Positions 26,437-39,400 of a stretch of 64,000 nt of DNA are shown here, piece after piece. The translations under genes were made by a program, and so were the position numbers. The notes below the pieces were generated by a model that was not told the DNA's origin, made no database searches, and worked only from the letters and a program-made list of their open reading frames with translations. Position 1 is the first letter of the stretch. Each line of letters starts with the position of its first letter. Origin of the DNA: Macrostomum lignano (Eukaryota); the NCBI GenBank assembly GCA_002269645.1, contig NIVC01000359.1, forward strand, positions 186,001-250,000. The letters run 5' to 3'.

Positions 26437-29400
26437 GCAGCGTCAGCCGAGGAAATGCGGCGACGAAGCACTTCTTGGTGGTGGACCTCACATTCAACGG
26501 TCAATGTCTGTCCTTCCTCGTCGACACAGGAGCCGCTGTGTCCATCATTCCGCCAAAGTATCTCCACCAGGCTCTTCAGGCTACCGGTTACAGATTGACT
26601 ACCGCCACCGGCACGTCCATTCCGGTTTCTGGAGAGATCACTCTCACCGTCTCCATCCGAGGACTTCGTCAATCCTTTTAGTGGACCTTCCTCGTCGCCG
26701 CCGTCATCCAGCCGATCCTTGGTTATGACTTCCTATCCCGGTACGGTCTTTTAGTTGACTGCAAGGCACGACAACTGGTGGATCCAGAAACTACGCTGCA
26801 CACGCAGACTCTACCTGTCACCAGCCTGCAGCTTGACAGCTTTGCCGTCTCCTTGGCATATCCCGAGCATTGCGATCCGAGAGTGCAACAGCTCATCGAT
26901 CGTTTTGCCGACACCTTCTTGTACGTCGAAGGTGGTCGCCTGCCTAGAGCTGAGGAGGTTAAACACAACACGAAGCACCACATCATCACCAACGAGCATC
27001 CTCCGACACATGCCAAAGCGCGACAGCTACATCCCGAGAAGCTTGCCATAGCCAAGGACGAGTTCCAGCAGCTGATCGACGCAGGATACCTTCGGCCTTC
27101 CGCCAGCAACTGGGCATCAGCTCTTCATATGGTCCCCAAGAAGGACAACGGTGTACCTAACGGAAAATGGCGACCCTGCGGTGATTACCGGCAGCTCAAC
27201 AAGTTGACCAAACCGGACAACTATCCTATTCCGCACATCCAGTGCTTCACAAAGAGTCTTCACGGTGCAAGGATCTTCTCGAAGCTGGACCTCATACGAG
27301 CGTACCACCAGATTCCGATCGCCGATGAAGATATTCCGAAGACCGCCATTATTACGCCATTCGGCCTCTACAAATGGACCCGCATGCCGTTCGGGCTGCG
27401 GAACGCAGCGCAGACATTCCAGCGCTTCATTGACAGCGTCCTGCGGGGTCTTCCATATGCGATAGCCTACGTTGACGACCTCCTGATCGCATCGCCAAAC
27501 GAGGAGGATCACCTGCGACACCTGGAATCAGTCCTGACTTGTCTATTGGAGCACGGACTCAAGGTACAGCTCAGCAAGTGCACCTTCATGCAGCCGGAGG
27601 TAACCTTCCTGGGACATCAGGTGTCAGCCGAGGGCATCAGGCCGCTTGCCTCCAAGGTCGACACCATCCGGCAGTGGCCGATTCCCAAGGATGCCAACGC
27701 ACTGCGTAGGTTTATCGGTGTCATCGGCTTCTACCGCCGTTTCATCCCGAAATTCACTGACATTGCCGCGCCTCAGCAGGATCTCGTTACTACATCTCTG
27801 CAGTCTCCACGATCCTACAGATGGAACTCGGTTCATCAAGAAGCCTTCGACAAGCTCAAGGCTGCCTTGGCAGAGCGGTTGCTGTTGCAGCACCCGGATC
27901 CGAATTGCGACGCCTATAGCCTTGTCACGGATGCTTTGTCTTACAGTGTCAGCGCAGCTCTTTATCAAACGACTGGCAATGTCGCGACGCCCATCGGCCT
28001 GTTCAGCAAGAAGCTGACAGCAACGCAGCAAAAATACTCAGCTTTCGACAGGGAACTCCTCGCAGTGTATCTCGCTGTTCTGCATTTCCGGAGCCTAATC
28101 GAGGGACGTGAAGTAACGGTTTTCACGGACCACAAGCCCCTAGCTCAGGCGTTCCACAGCAACAGCGGCGGAACTTCCGACCGGAATCAACGATACCTGA
28201 GTGTCATCACTGAATACGTCACGGACATCGCCTACATCCGCGGCTCCGATAACATTGTCGCTGATGCGCTCTCCCGGCTCGACGAAGCGGACATCAGCCA
28301 GGTCAACAACGTCCAGCAGCTGTCACCCATAGACATTCCGGCCATCGCAGACGAGCAGAAGTGGGAGCAGCTGCTGTCACTCGATGGTTGCCGACCCTAT
28401 CCGGTGGACGGTCAATGAACCCTGCTCTGCGAGACCTCAACAAACTATCCGCAGCCGGTCGTCCCTGAGTCGCTGCGACGCCCGGTACTACAGCACTTTC
28501 ACGACCTGGGACACTTCGGCTCCCGCAAGACCGCCCACCTCATCACGTCACGCTACTTCTGGCCAAATATGCGTAGCAACATTAAGGCCTATTGCCGAGC
28601 CTGTGAGTCCTGCCAGCGCAACAAGATTAGCCGCCACACGGTATCTGGAAGCTCGGCATTCGACCTGCCTTCGAATAGATTCGAGACGGTGCACATTGAC
28701 ATCGTCGGGCCTTTGCCAGTTCTGGAACGCCAGCACGACGTCTCATGCGGCTTGTCTCCTCGGTATCTTCTCACCATGATAGACCGGGGTACCAGCTGGA
28801 TCGAAGCAGCGCCGATCGAGTCCATCACAGCCCAGAGCGTCGCCTCTGCCTTCCTAGCAACCTGGATCTCACGATTCGGGGTGCCCCTCTACATCGTGAC
28901 TGATCGCGGGGCACAGTTCGAAGCGGACCTCTTCAACATCCTGGCTGCCAGCGTTGGTTTCTACCGCCTCCGTACGACTGCCTACCATCTGCAGACCAAC
29001 GGCAAAATCGAGCGCGCCCATCGAACGCTCAAGAACATCCTGAAGGTTTGTGGACAGTCCTGGCTTGACAATCTACCACTTGCACTGCTCGCCATGCACA
29101 TCTCTCCCGATGAGAACGGCATCAGCCCCTTCACGCGTCTCACGGGGGAGCACCCAATGCTTCCACGAGTCCTGGTTCCCGACGACGTCAATCCTCAGTC
29201 TGTTCGGCTGCGCATGGACGACATCACTGACGGTACGCGATCTTCGACTTCCACGACCAAGCTGTACATCCCTGCCGACCTCTGGACAGCAGAAAAGGTC
29301 TGGCTCTGTGTGGATCACGTTCGCAAGCCTCTAGAAGCACCTTATCAGGGGCCCTATCCTGTCATCCGTCGGACAGACAAGTTTTTCATCATCAAGGCTC

Positions 29401-29642
29401 AGCCTGGTCGGCAGGAGGCCATTTCGATTGACCGTCTGAAACCATTCCGCATGGCCGGTGGCACCATCAGTTCAAGGCTACCCGCCAAGAAACAGACGTC
29501 CACGGAATCTCGCCAATGTTCCCAGCCAACACCTGTGCTCAACCAGCCGGATGCAGCCGCTAAGGGAGACAGCACCCCAGTGATCACCCGGAGTGGCCGG
29601 CATGTGCGATTCAAGAAGTGCAATGACTATATGTACTTTTGA
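26400..29642 (+). pseudogene. pol: Gypsy pol (protease, RT, RNase H, integrase) in the -1 frame, with two in-frame stops
   Basis: FLVDTGAAVS; [16 protein letters not shown]; TDHKPL; HHCC then HIDIVGP, VTDRGAQF, NGKIER. Stops TAG at 26679-26681 and TGA at 28416-28418 lie in one continuous frame. Confidence 0.92.
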
Positions 29643-32600
29643 TCACTGACTGCACTTTATCTAGGCCATCATCTGCTAGCTGTCCCACCTGATAGTTTTT
29701 TCCCCAGGACTCCGTCTTCCGCGGGGGGGGACTATTGTAGTGACCTTCGCAAACTTTCTTTAGCATATGAATAATAGAAATTTCCTGATATGGTAATATT
29801 AAATATTCTACGCTTTTCCTGAAATTTCCATCATGTTCACAATATTATTTCTACACCGTCTATGCATAATTAGTTATTAATTTACATGAATTCTTGTACT
29901 GTAACACTTAGTCACTATTTGAGCAATATGTACATACAACTTAGTTTTGTTATAACGATGCACATTTTTCCAGAACTTTCCGGAAACCCCAATTTCATCT
30001 ATAAATACACGAAACCAGAAATGCAATTATTTTAAGTTCTTTTCAATCACTCGATTGACTCAAATAAACAGAGCATTCAACTGCTAAAGTCTTTACAAGA
30101 TATTTCAGCTAACCTATTTACTATGTTAGTTTAAATACAAGTTCAACTTGCACCTTAGGCCCTTCATTTCTTTTCTACCCTGCTCATCACTTATATTATT
30201 AGTTATTAATTAATTGTCAACTTTGACAACATAATTCCCACATTTTTGCACTAGTCTGAAATCAGAAACTTTAAACTTCAAACCGCTAGGAATTGTTAGG
30301 AATTGCTAAAGATGGAAAAAAGTACTAGAAAACAAAGTTGTTAATTTTATTGTTTTAGTAGCTTTGGGGATGTCCAAACATGCTAAAATCATAATGAAAA
30401 TAGTGAAAATAATTTAACAATTGTATAAAAATAATGTTTTTACAGCATGAAGTGTAGGGCCTATACCAAAGATTAAAGCAATCATGATATATATACCAAA
30501 TTTTGTGCTACTTTTTGTGACCCACTTCCCATTTGAATTTTTATTGAAAAAGTTATACAAGACCACCAAAAAATGCCTAAATTTTTAAACTAGGTGGCCT
30601 AGGCTGAATTTAAAAAAATTGGTAAGACAGTTCTTGCAAAAATCCATTACAGACATAAAACAGCACAAAATTAGTATTTAAATTTGATTTAGTATATGGA
30701 TGGTCTAAGATACAAGGCGTACCTATGGCATACCTACCTAGTATACTATAGACTATAGTATAAAAGTTAACTTTAGTTCAAGACTAGGCCCTAGACAACT
30801 AGAGAATTGAAAATCAACTTACATCGAAACACCACTACTTGATGCAATATCCATGACTTATGGTTAATACTTGATAAGTTACGCTTTCTTTGAAACAATA
30901 AATAACTCCTTACAGATTACACTGCAAACGGAATATATTGCACAATATATGCAAATCAGCAGTGTCCGAAAAAATCCGAAATCAGTTCGTTTTTACGTCT
31001 GTTAAACTTGTAAAGATGCAAAATTAATTTTACAGATTAGTGAAGCTAGGAAAAATGCATTAAAATACTTTTTTAGAATAAATTTAGGATTATTTTACTT
31101 TTTTGTATTTTTTGTAAGATATAAGGTATTATAGATAGATTTATTTAAATGAGTACTTCACGGTTAAGGTTGCGAGCCTGCAATGAATGCAATGCAAACT
31201 AATTAAATTTTTTAGCTACTTCACTGTCTAAATTTTGGAAACGAGTCTATCCCAATAAAATCTCTGAGAATAGTCGATTCTGTCGATGTGCAGAACTTTC
31301 GCGAAGGTTACTACATGCTGACGTAAAATACCTTAACCTGGGGGGAGTACTTCGAGCTAGGGAAGCGCAAAACCCATCTGGACGATATAAAGCTACTGCG
31401 TCGACACAAAGGTCATGCATGGGTCATTGGTCATAGCAAACGTTCAGTCGTGCATCAGATTAAAGGAAATTCAAGTCCAAAATATATATACTTTTTCTTG
31501 ATTGATTTTGTCAAATATATCATGCATGTACAGGTATATATGACCAAGATGAAACTGGCGTTCTCGATGACAGAAGCCATGATGACATGCATTATAGCTG
31601 CATAAATGTATGTACATGTATTAAGAATGAAGATCACCAGCTAAATACATGTAAATTAATGTGGGTTACACATGTGAACTTCGACGAGCAATGGCCTCGG
31701 TGGGAAAAATTCGCGCGGACCATGCAACTTCGGCGGGCAAACTCCGCGCAGACAATTTTATATATCGACCCTAAAATAGCCAGCATCTGTGCATATATGT
31801 ATGGCTCATTGGGAAAAGCAGTACATGTACGTGGATGAATCCTCTGTGCTCCGACCTTTACTGCATGTAGCCGTAGGTATGTTGATGATACCTAGATTTT
31901 TTATTTGGCTAGCAATCATGCAGAGTGGATTTATCCAAGTCATTACCCTTACTCACCCGAACTGTTCACTGTTGACGGGTTTGATCGTGCCTAGACATTG
32001 TTAGCGCTAAGGTGTATCGCAAACACATTTTTCAATGCGGTGTTCCCGCGCTGGTGGTAAACGGGTCTGATTGGCTGCACTTTGCACAGCGTTTAATATC
32101 TGCAAATACCTGGCAATCCCTTTACCAAGAATTGATCGATTCACCTCATTGATAATATTCAACAGAATGCTTATCCTGGAAGTTTCCTTGCTAAAGTGTT
32201 TAATGGCTTTCTGACAAAGAAAATGATCCCCCCCCAATAAGTGTATCAGATTTGACGAATCTAAGGTGTCTAACTCTACACATGTATAACTAATGAGTTG
32301 ATCAAATTCCAATTCATTGGTGCTCAATCTCTGATTCTTGAAAAAAAGGCTTAAAAGAACTTTCTTGAAGTACTTGAACTCTTAAATCTTGGTTGTGTTT
32401 CAGCCAGTCCGCTAAAATCGGTCAGTTTATTTTGTTAGCAGGTTGGAAGCGAAGGTCCCTAAAGCTGGTGTCGTGCATAAATTTTGTTGCTATCTTGATC
32501 CGGGCAATTTCTACATGGAAAAACCAAAAGACACTATGCCTAGGGAGCACACCTGGCTAGTCGCACCCGACTAAGCTGTTCACTATTCCGGATAAGTGTA

Positions 32601-33114
32601 GGTTTGACGGCATAACTCAGAATTCTGAAAGCTTTGCACATGAAGCTCCACAGACCTAACTATAAATGTTGGTGGTGTCCTTCATTCTTTTACAATATAA
32701 TAAAAAGCAAACGCTATGAAAACTAGGTCTGAAAACACAGAAAATGATTTGCTAAACTAAGGAAAATAATAAAAGCTAAAAAAATGAACGAATGAATTAT
32801 TGACTAATACTGCACTAAAAACAAAAAGTAAATAAATTTCAGTACATGTTATTTCTTTTCAAGACATGTAAAACTTAGCAGACATCTGTCCTATTCACCG
32901 AAGCCTATAGGGGGTTAGAGCTTGTTTAACTGCAGTGCAGGATACTTCTATAACAAATATCATACTGGAAAATCTGTGAAAATGCAAAAACAAAGCATTT
33001 TTATTGAAGTAGAAGGTACATGTACTCGTAGATTGTCGTCCAATCAGCAAGCTTTGTCAGTTAAAACACTTCGAATTAGCTGTGGATACGGTTATGAAGC
33101 CAGAGACAGGCAGC

Positions 33115-33123
33115 CAGCCAGAA

Positions 33124-33192
<69 letters not shown>

Positions 33193-33193
33193 C

Positions 33194-33230
<37 letters not shown>

Positions 33231-33231
33231 A

Positions 33232-33262
<31 letters not shown>

Positions 33263-33345
33263 AAGAAAGACAGACAGACAGACAGACAGACAGAAAGACA
33301 GACAGACAGACACTCAGACAGACAGACACATAGACAGACAGAAAT
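33115..33345. repeat. (CAGA)n microsatellite
   Basis: Directly visible. Confidence 0.97.
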
Positions 33346-33437
33346 AGGCAGTTCAGATACGAATACACAGTAAATCTGTTGCAAGATTTCCCGTCAAAGA
33401 TCATACAAAAATGTAATCTGGGTCACTAGCGGCCTTG

Positions 33438-36400
33438 TCACACCTGCTTGTGCTCAGTGCTGGGGTGGTGCATGAACTCGTAATCCACGTGAACAAACGC
33501 CCGTTCTACACCGCCCAAGCGCTCCAGTTTGCGCTGCAGACTCTCGCCTATATCGTGCGCCTCGCGCAGGGCTAAATCACCTGGCACAACAATGTCCACC
33601 TCAACCAGATAGTTGTTGCCAATGTGAAATGCTCGCACGGTTTCCAGCTGCTGGATCAGTGGGTGATGATTGACGCAGATAAAGATAATCTGCTTCAGGT
33701 ATTCAGAATCGGCCGTGTACCCCGTTAGCAGCCGGATCTGCTGCTTCAGCGTCTCCGCCCAGGTGTAAATAATATAGACACTGATGGCCAGAGCTCCAAT
33801 CGCATCGAAGTAGGGCCAGACGTAGGCCGACAGCACCGTCATGATGAGCACGGTGGCGTTGGATACGCAGTCGTTGCGATGGTCCAGAGCCAGCGCCCCA
33901 GTGCTTGATGTAGTGCCAAGCCTGTGGCACAGAACGAATAGAAACAGTTTGAGAATGATCACGGATCCGATCAGCCCGAACACGGAGCCCCAGCTGGTGC
34001 CATAGTCTGCAAAATGCAAAGGACCATTCGCTTAGAAACGGGTCGATGGGACACAGACCATCTACCATGAGACACACGGACCATCTACCATGAGACACAC
34101 AGACCATCTACCATGAGACACACGGATAATCTACCATGAGACACACGGACAATCTATCATGAGACACACGGGCCATCTACCGTGAGACACACGGAGACCA
34201 TCTACCATGAAACACACGGACCATCTAACAAAAACAAGAACTATTCACGAAAAGACACATCTGGACAACGTGAGACACACTAGTCGCTTCCGTAAGACAG
34301 TTCTAGAAAATATGCAGGCGTACAAGTCAGTGACCTACCACCGTGGCCCGCTGCCAGTCCGGAGACGAACACGGAACCATTAGCATCATTGTCGCATAAA
34401 CAGAAACTGGCATTGCTGGCTACAGTCTTAGTGTCCATGGCCATATTGACAATAGACTCGATAGCTTTAATAATAATCTGAATTGTAGACGTGGACATGA
34501 TAACGGCCAGAATGACAATAGCGATGGGTTCCAGGCGAGTCTTGCCCTGCGGATAATAATAAGGATTCCGGGATTTCACCTGCCGATTAGCGATCCAAAC
34601 AACGATACCGCTGACGAGATCAATTAGCGAATCAATTAGCGAAGAGACAACAGATAATGAGCCGGACAGAGCGATGGCGGTGCCTTTGATGATGGCCAAT
34701 GCTAAGTTGATAAAAAATGACAGCTGGGCAAGCCGAATGGAGCACCTCGTGTCCGACTCCTCAATATCGGCTGCGTCCGGGTCGACGCCGTTTTCACCTC
34801 TCACTGGCGGGTCATCGGCCTGGAGAGTGAGAGTAGGGGATTCTCGATTCAGGCTGATTGTCAGGGCGGATTTAGGCTGATTGTCAGGGCAGATTTACGC
34901 TGATTGTCAGGGCGGATTCAGGCTGATTGTCAGGGCGGATTTAGGCTGATTGTCAGGGCGGATTCAGGCTGATTGTCAGGGCGGATTTAGGCTGATTGTC
35001 AGGGCGGATTCAGGCTGATTGTCAGGGCGGATTCAGGCTGATTGTCAGGGCGGATTCAGGCTGATTGTCAGGGCGGATTCAGGCTCAGGATGATTGTCAG
35101 GGCGGATTCAGGCTGATTGTCAGGGCGGATTTAGGCTGATTGTCAGGGCGGATTCAGGCTGATTGTCAGGGCGAATTCAGGCTGATTGTCAGGGCGGATT
35201 CAGGCTGATTGTCAGGGCGGATTCAGGCTGATTGTCAGGGCGGATTCAGGCTGATTGTCAGGGCGGATTCAGGCTGATTGTCAGGGCGGATTCAGGCTGA
35301 TTGTCAGGGCGGATTTAGGCTGATTGTCAGGGCGGATTCAGGCTGATTGTCAGGGCGGATTTAGGCTGATTGTCAGGGCGGATTCAGGCTGATTGTCAGG
35401 GCGGATTTAGGCTGATTGTCAGGGCGGATTCAGGCTGATTGTCAGGGCGGATTCAGGCTGATTGTCAGGGCGGATTTAGGCTGATTGTCAGGGCGAATTC
35501 AGGCTGATTGTCAGGGCGGATTCAGGCTGATTGTCAGGGCGGATTCAGGCTGATTGTCAGGGCGGATTCAGGCTGATTGTCAGGGCGGATTCAGGCTGAT
35601 TGTCAGGGCGGATTCAGGCTGATTGTCAGGGCGGATTCAGGCTGATTGTCAGGGCGGATTCAGGCTGATTGTCAGGGCGGATTCAGGCTGATTGTCAGGG
35701 CGGATTCAGGCTGATTGTCAGGGCGGATTCAGGCTGATTGTCAGGGCGGATTCAGGCTGATTGTCAGGGCGGATTCAGGCTGATTGTCAGGGCGGATTCA
35801 GGCTGATTGTCAGGGCGGATTCAGGCTGATTGTCAGGGCGGATTCAGGCTGATTGTCAGGGCGGATTCAGGCTGATTGTCAGGGCGGATTCAGGCTGATT
35901 GTCAGGGCGGATTCAGGCTGATTGTCAGGGCGGATTCAGGCTGATTGTCAGGGCGGATTCAGGCTGATTGTCAGGGCGGATTCAGGCTGATTGTCAGGAA
36001 GCTTCCATAATAACATCCAGAGTTTGCAGAAAGTTTCAGGAGGTTCGCAACGTTACAGTTTCGTTCCGCAACTTACCTGAACAATATCATTGTAGATCTT
36101 CTGATAGGTGTCAATCATCCGGTCTTGCTGCTTGTAGAACTTGCGCACCCGCCGATCCATCTGGGCTGTGTCTACGTCACCGCCGCCTGTGCTGACTCTG
36201 CGCAGCTTATCCGAAAACAGCTGAGTGCAACCGAGAGAAAATAAAGCAGTTGGTCTGATATCCGGCCTACCAAGCAGTCTGCTACCACACAATCTACCAA
36301 TCAGTCTGCTACCACACAATCTACCAATCAGTCTGCTACCACACAATCTACCAATCAGTCTGCTACCACACAATCTACCAATCAGTCTGCTACCACACAA

Positions 36401-39400
36401 TCTACCAATCAGTCTGCTACCACACAATCTACCAATCAGTCTGCTACCACACAATCTACCAATCAGTCTGCTACCACACAATCTACCAATCAGTCTGCTA
36501 CCACACAATCTACCAATCAGTCTGCTACCACACAATCTACCAATCAGTCTGCTACCACACAATCTACCAATCAGTCTGCTACCACACAATCTACCAATCA
36601 CTCAACTACCACACAATCTACCAATCACTCAACTACCACACAATCTACCAATCACTCAACTACCACACAATCTACCAATCAGTCTGCTACCACACAATCT
36701 ACCAATCAGTCTGCTACCACACAATCTACCAATCAGTCTGCTACCACACAATCTACCAATCACTCAACTACCACACAATCTACCAATCACTCAACTACCA
36801 CAAAATCTACCAATCACTCAACTACCACACAATCTACCAATCACTCAACTACCACACAATCTACCAATCACTCAACTACCACACAATCTACCAATCAGTC
36901 TGCTACCACACAATCTACCAAGCAGTCTGCTACCACACAATCTACCAATCAGTCTGCTACCACACAATCTACCAATCACTCAACTACCACACAATCTACC
37001 AATCACTCAACTACCACAAAATCTACCAATCACTCAACTACCACACAATCTACCAATCAGTCTGCTACCACACAATCTACCAATCAGTCTGCTACCACAC
37101 AATCTACCAATCACTCAACTACCACACAATCTACCAATCACTCAACTACCACAAAATCTACCAATCACTCAACTACCACACAATCTACCAATCAGTCCCC
37201 TCTGGTAAATAAACCAGATAACACCACAAGATAATTTGCAAATCTTGTCAGATTCACTACCGATTTCCTTGTTTGAGTTGCGAAACTGGTGAAACCACCA
37301 GATTCGTCACCAGGTAATTTTTTGTTTTCTTATTTGACTGTTATCTGGTGAGTTATCTGAATTTCACCAGATAACATGGCCCGAATCTTGCTTAGAAATC
37401 AGATTACATGACAAGATTTGCCACCAGATAATTTTTTGTTTTCTTGTTTGACTGTTATCTGGTGAGTTATCTGAATTTCACCAGATAACATGGCCGGAAT
37501 CTTGCTTAGAAATCAGATTACATGACAAGATTTGCCACCAGATAATTTTTTGTTTTCTTGTTTGACTGTTATCTGGTGAGTTATCTGAATTTCACCAGAT
37601 AACATGGCCGGAATCTTGCTTAGAAATCAGATTACATGACAAGATTTGCCACCAGATAATTTTTTGTTTTCTTGTTTGACTGTTATCTGGTGAGTTATCT
37701 GAATTTCACCAGATAACATGGCCGGAATCTTGCTTAGAAATCAGATTACATGACAAGATTTGCCACCAGATAATTTTTTGTTTTCTTGTTTGACTGTTAT
37801 CTGGTGAGTTATCTGAATTTCACCAGATAACATGGCCGGAATCTTGCTTAGAAATCAGATTACATGACAAGATTTGCCACCAGATAATTTTTTGTTTTCT
37901 TGGTTGATTGAATCTTGTTTGAATCGGAATTTCACAGGATAACATGGTGCGAATCTTGTTTGAAAATCAGATAACAGTACAAGATTCGCCACCAGATAAT
38001 TCTCTGTTATCTTGGTTGATCGAATCTTGTTTGAATCGGAATTTCACAGGATAACATGGTGCGAAGCTTGTTTGAAAGACAGATAACAGTACAAGATTTA
38101 AATCAGAATAACTGTGCGTTATCTAGTCTGTAAGAAACCTGTGTGAATCTGAAATTTACCGGATAACAGGATGCGAATCTGGTTTGCAAACCAGATAATG
38201 GAAAATGCCTCAAAGATGCCTTTGTGTTATCCGGTCTGTAAGAACCCGTTGTACTTTTCACCCATAATTTTTTTCAGAATTTCGTGATCCAGGCCTAATT
38301 TAATTGATTTCCAAGTGAAGGCCCGGATCAGCATTTTTAGCCCGGAATAGCCCCTTTTTCCGGAAATGTGATCCTGCAAAAGTTCGGGAAAAAGGAAAGC
38401 TGTTCCGGCTGCATTTTCCGAAATTTTTCACCTTGAACACTGCTAAATTCTAATTGTAGACCCAAATTTCAGGTTTTCCAAATGAAAATGTTCTGGATGA
38501 GATTTCAGGAGTTCAGTCGGAATTCATCAGAGATCTAGATCAAGTGATTCGGCAAATCCACAGGGATCAGCTCCCATTGACTCGAATCTCGATGAAGTTA
38601 TGGATAAGACTGGACTTCGCGTCTGTTGTGGCTCAAGGCAGCTCATAAGCTGACCTGCGATGGATAATCAATCCTCGCTTCTGTTGTGGCTCAAGGCAGC
38701 TTATAAGCTGACCTGCGATGGATAATCAATCCTCGCTTCTGTTGGGACTCAAGGCAGCTCATAAGCTGACCTGCGATGGATAATCAATCCTCGCTTCTGT
38801 TGTGGCTCAAGGCAGCTAATAAGCTGACCTGCGATGGATAATCAATCCTCGCTTCTGTTGGGACTCAAGGCAGCTGCTAAGCTGACCTGCGAGGGGTAAA
38901 GTGCCATATATCAGCAAACGCTAGCGCTCGTAATGTGAGGCCGTGCCCACCCTCCCTGCAGGTGATAGCTTTGTTGGCTCTTCGACAAACTATTGCATTC
39001 TTATTGTGCTGGAGAGGTTTGACTCCCAATGGCATGTAGTCTGTCGTGGTTACTTAGTGTATCAGATTACCCTATTATCTGGTGCAGCTGGGTGTCTAGA
39101 TGGAGCTGTGGCATGGTTCCAAAAGCTCCTACTGGCCCAGTTCTAAGGTAGCCTTTTTTTAAGACAGACGTTATTCTAGCTCTTGCTAGAGCATGCTCCA
39201 TTGGGTTGTCTAAAGCGTCTGCAGTGTTGGTGTATGGCCACCAGTGAGGGATAATTGAACCCCGCTTCAACCGATGAATCAAAGTTGAGCAGTTGACTGA
39301 AAATGCTGACCTACGAGGGGTAATCAAACCTCGCGTCTGTTGTGGCTCAAGGCAGCTGCTAAGAGTAGTCACTTTTATTTGACTACGCGGGTCAATCTTT

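Larger units (their letters stand above)
25052..30097 (+). mobile_element. Full-length Ty3/Gypsy LTR retrotransposon (CsRn1-like), inactivated by nonsense mutations
   Basis: 362-bp LTRs at 25052-25413 and 29736-30097 (TGTAG...TTACA, 6 mismatches by eye); 4-bp TSD AGAT; TGG-starting PBS at ~25416; G-rich PPT at 29721-29730; domain order gag-PR-RT-RH-IN. Confidence 0.97.
24600..30391. mobile_element. MITE-like element (~740 bp net) with ~100-bp TIRs, interrupted by the Gypsy insertion
   Basis: 24600-24705 (tgattttagcatgtttggacatccc...) is the inverted complement of 30290-30391 (...gggatgtccaaacatgctaaaatca). No clear TSD. Confidence 0.7.

Noticed and set aside
25809-29623. Minus-strand and alternate-frame ORFs inside the Gypsy element
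   Set aside because: Shadows of GC-rich gag/pol; no independent motifs.
32007-32327. 106-aa minus-strand ORF with globular-looking composition
   Set aside because: GTG start, no recognisable motif or splice partners; may be a TE fragment but cannot be supported.
32922-33404. QTDR / SVCL repeat ORFs
   Set aside because: (CAGA)n microsatellite.
36053-37208. 327-aa (+) and 182-aa (-) ORFs of LLPHNLPIS / LIGRLCGSR repeats
   Set aside because: Read-through of a 27-bp intronic minisatellite; only 36220-36077 (-) is a real CDF exon.
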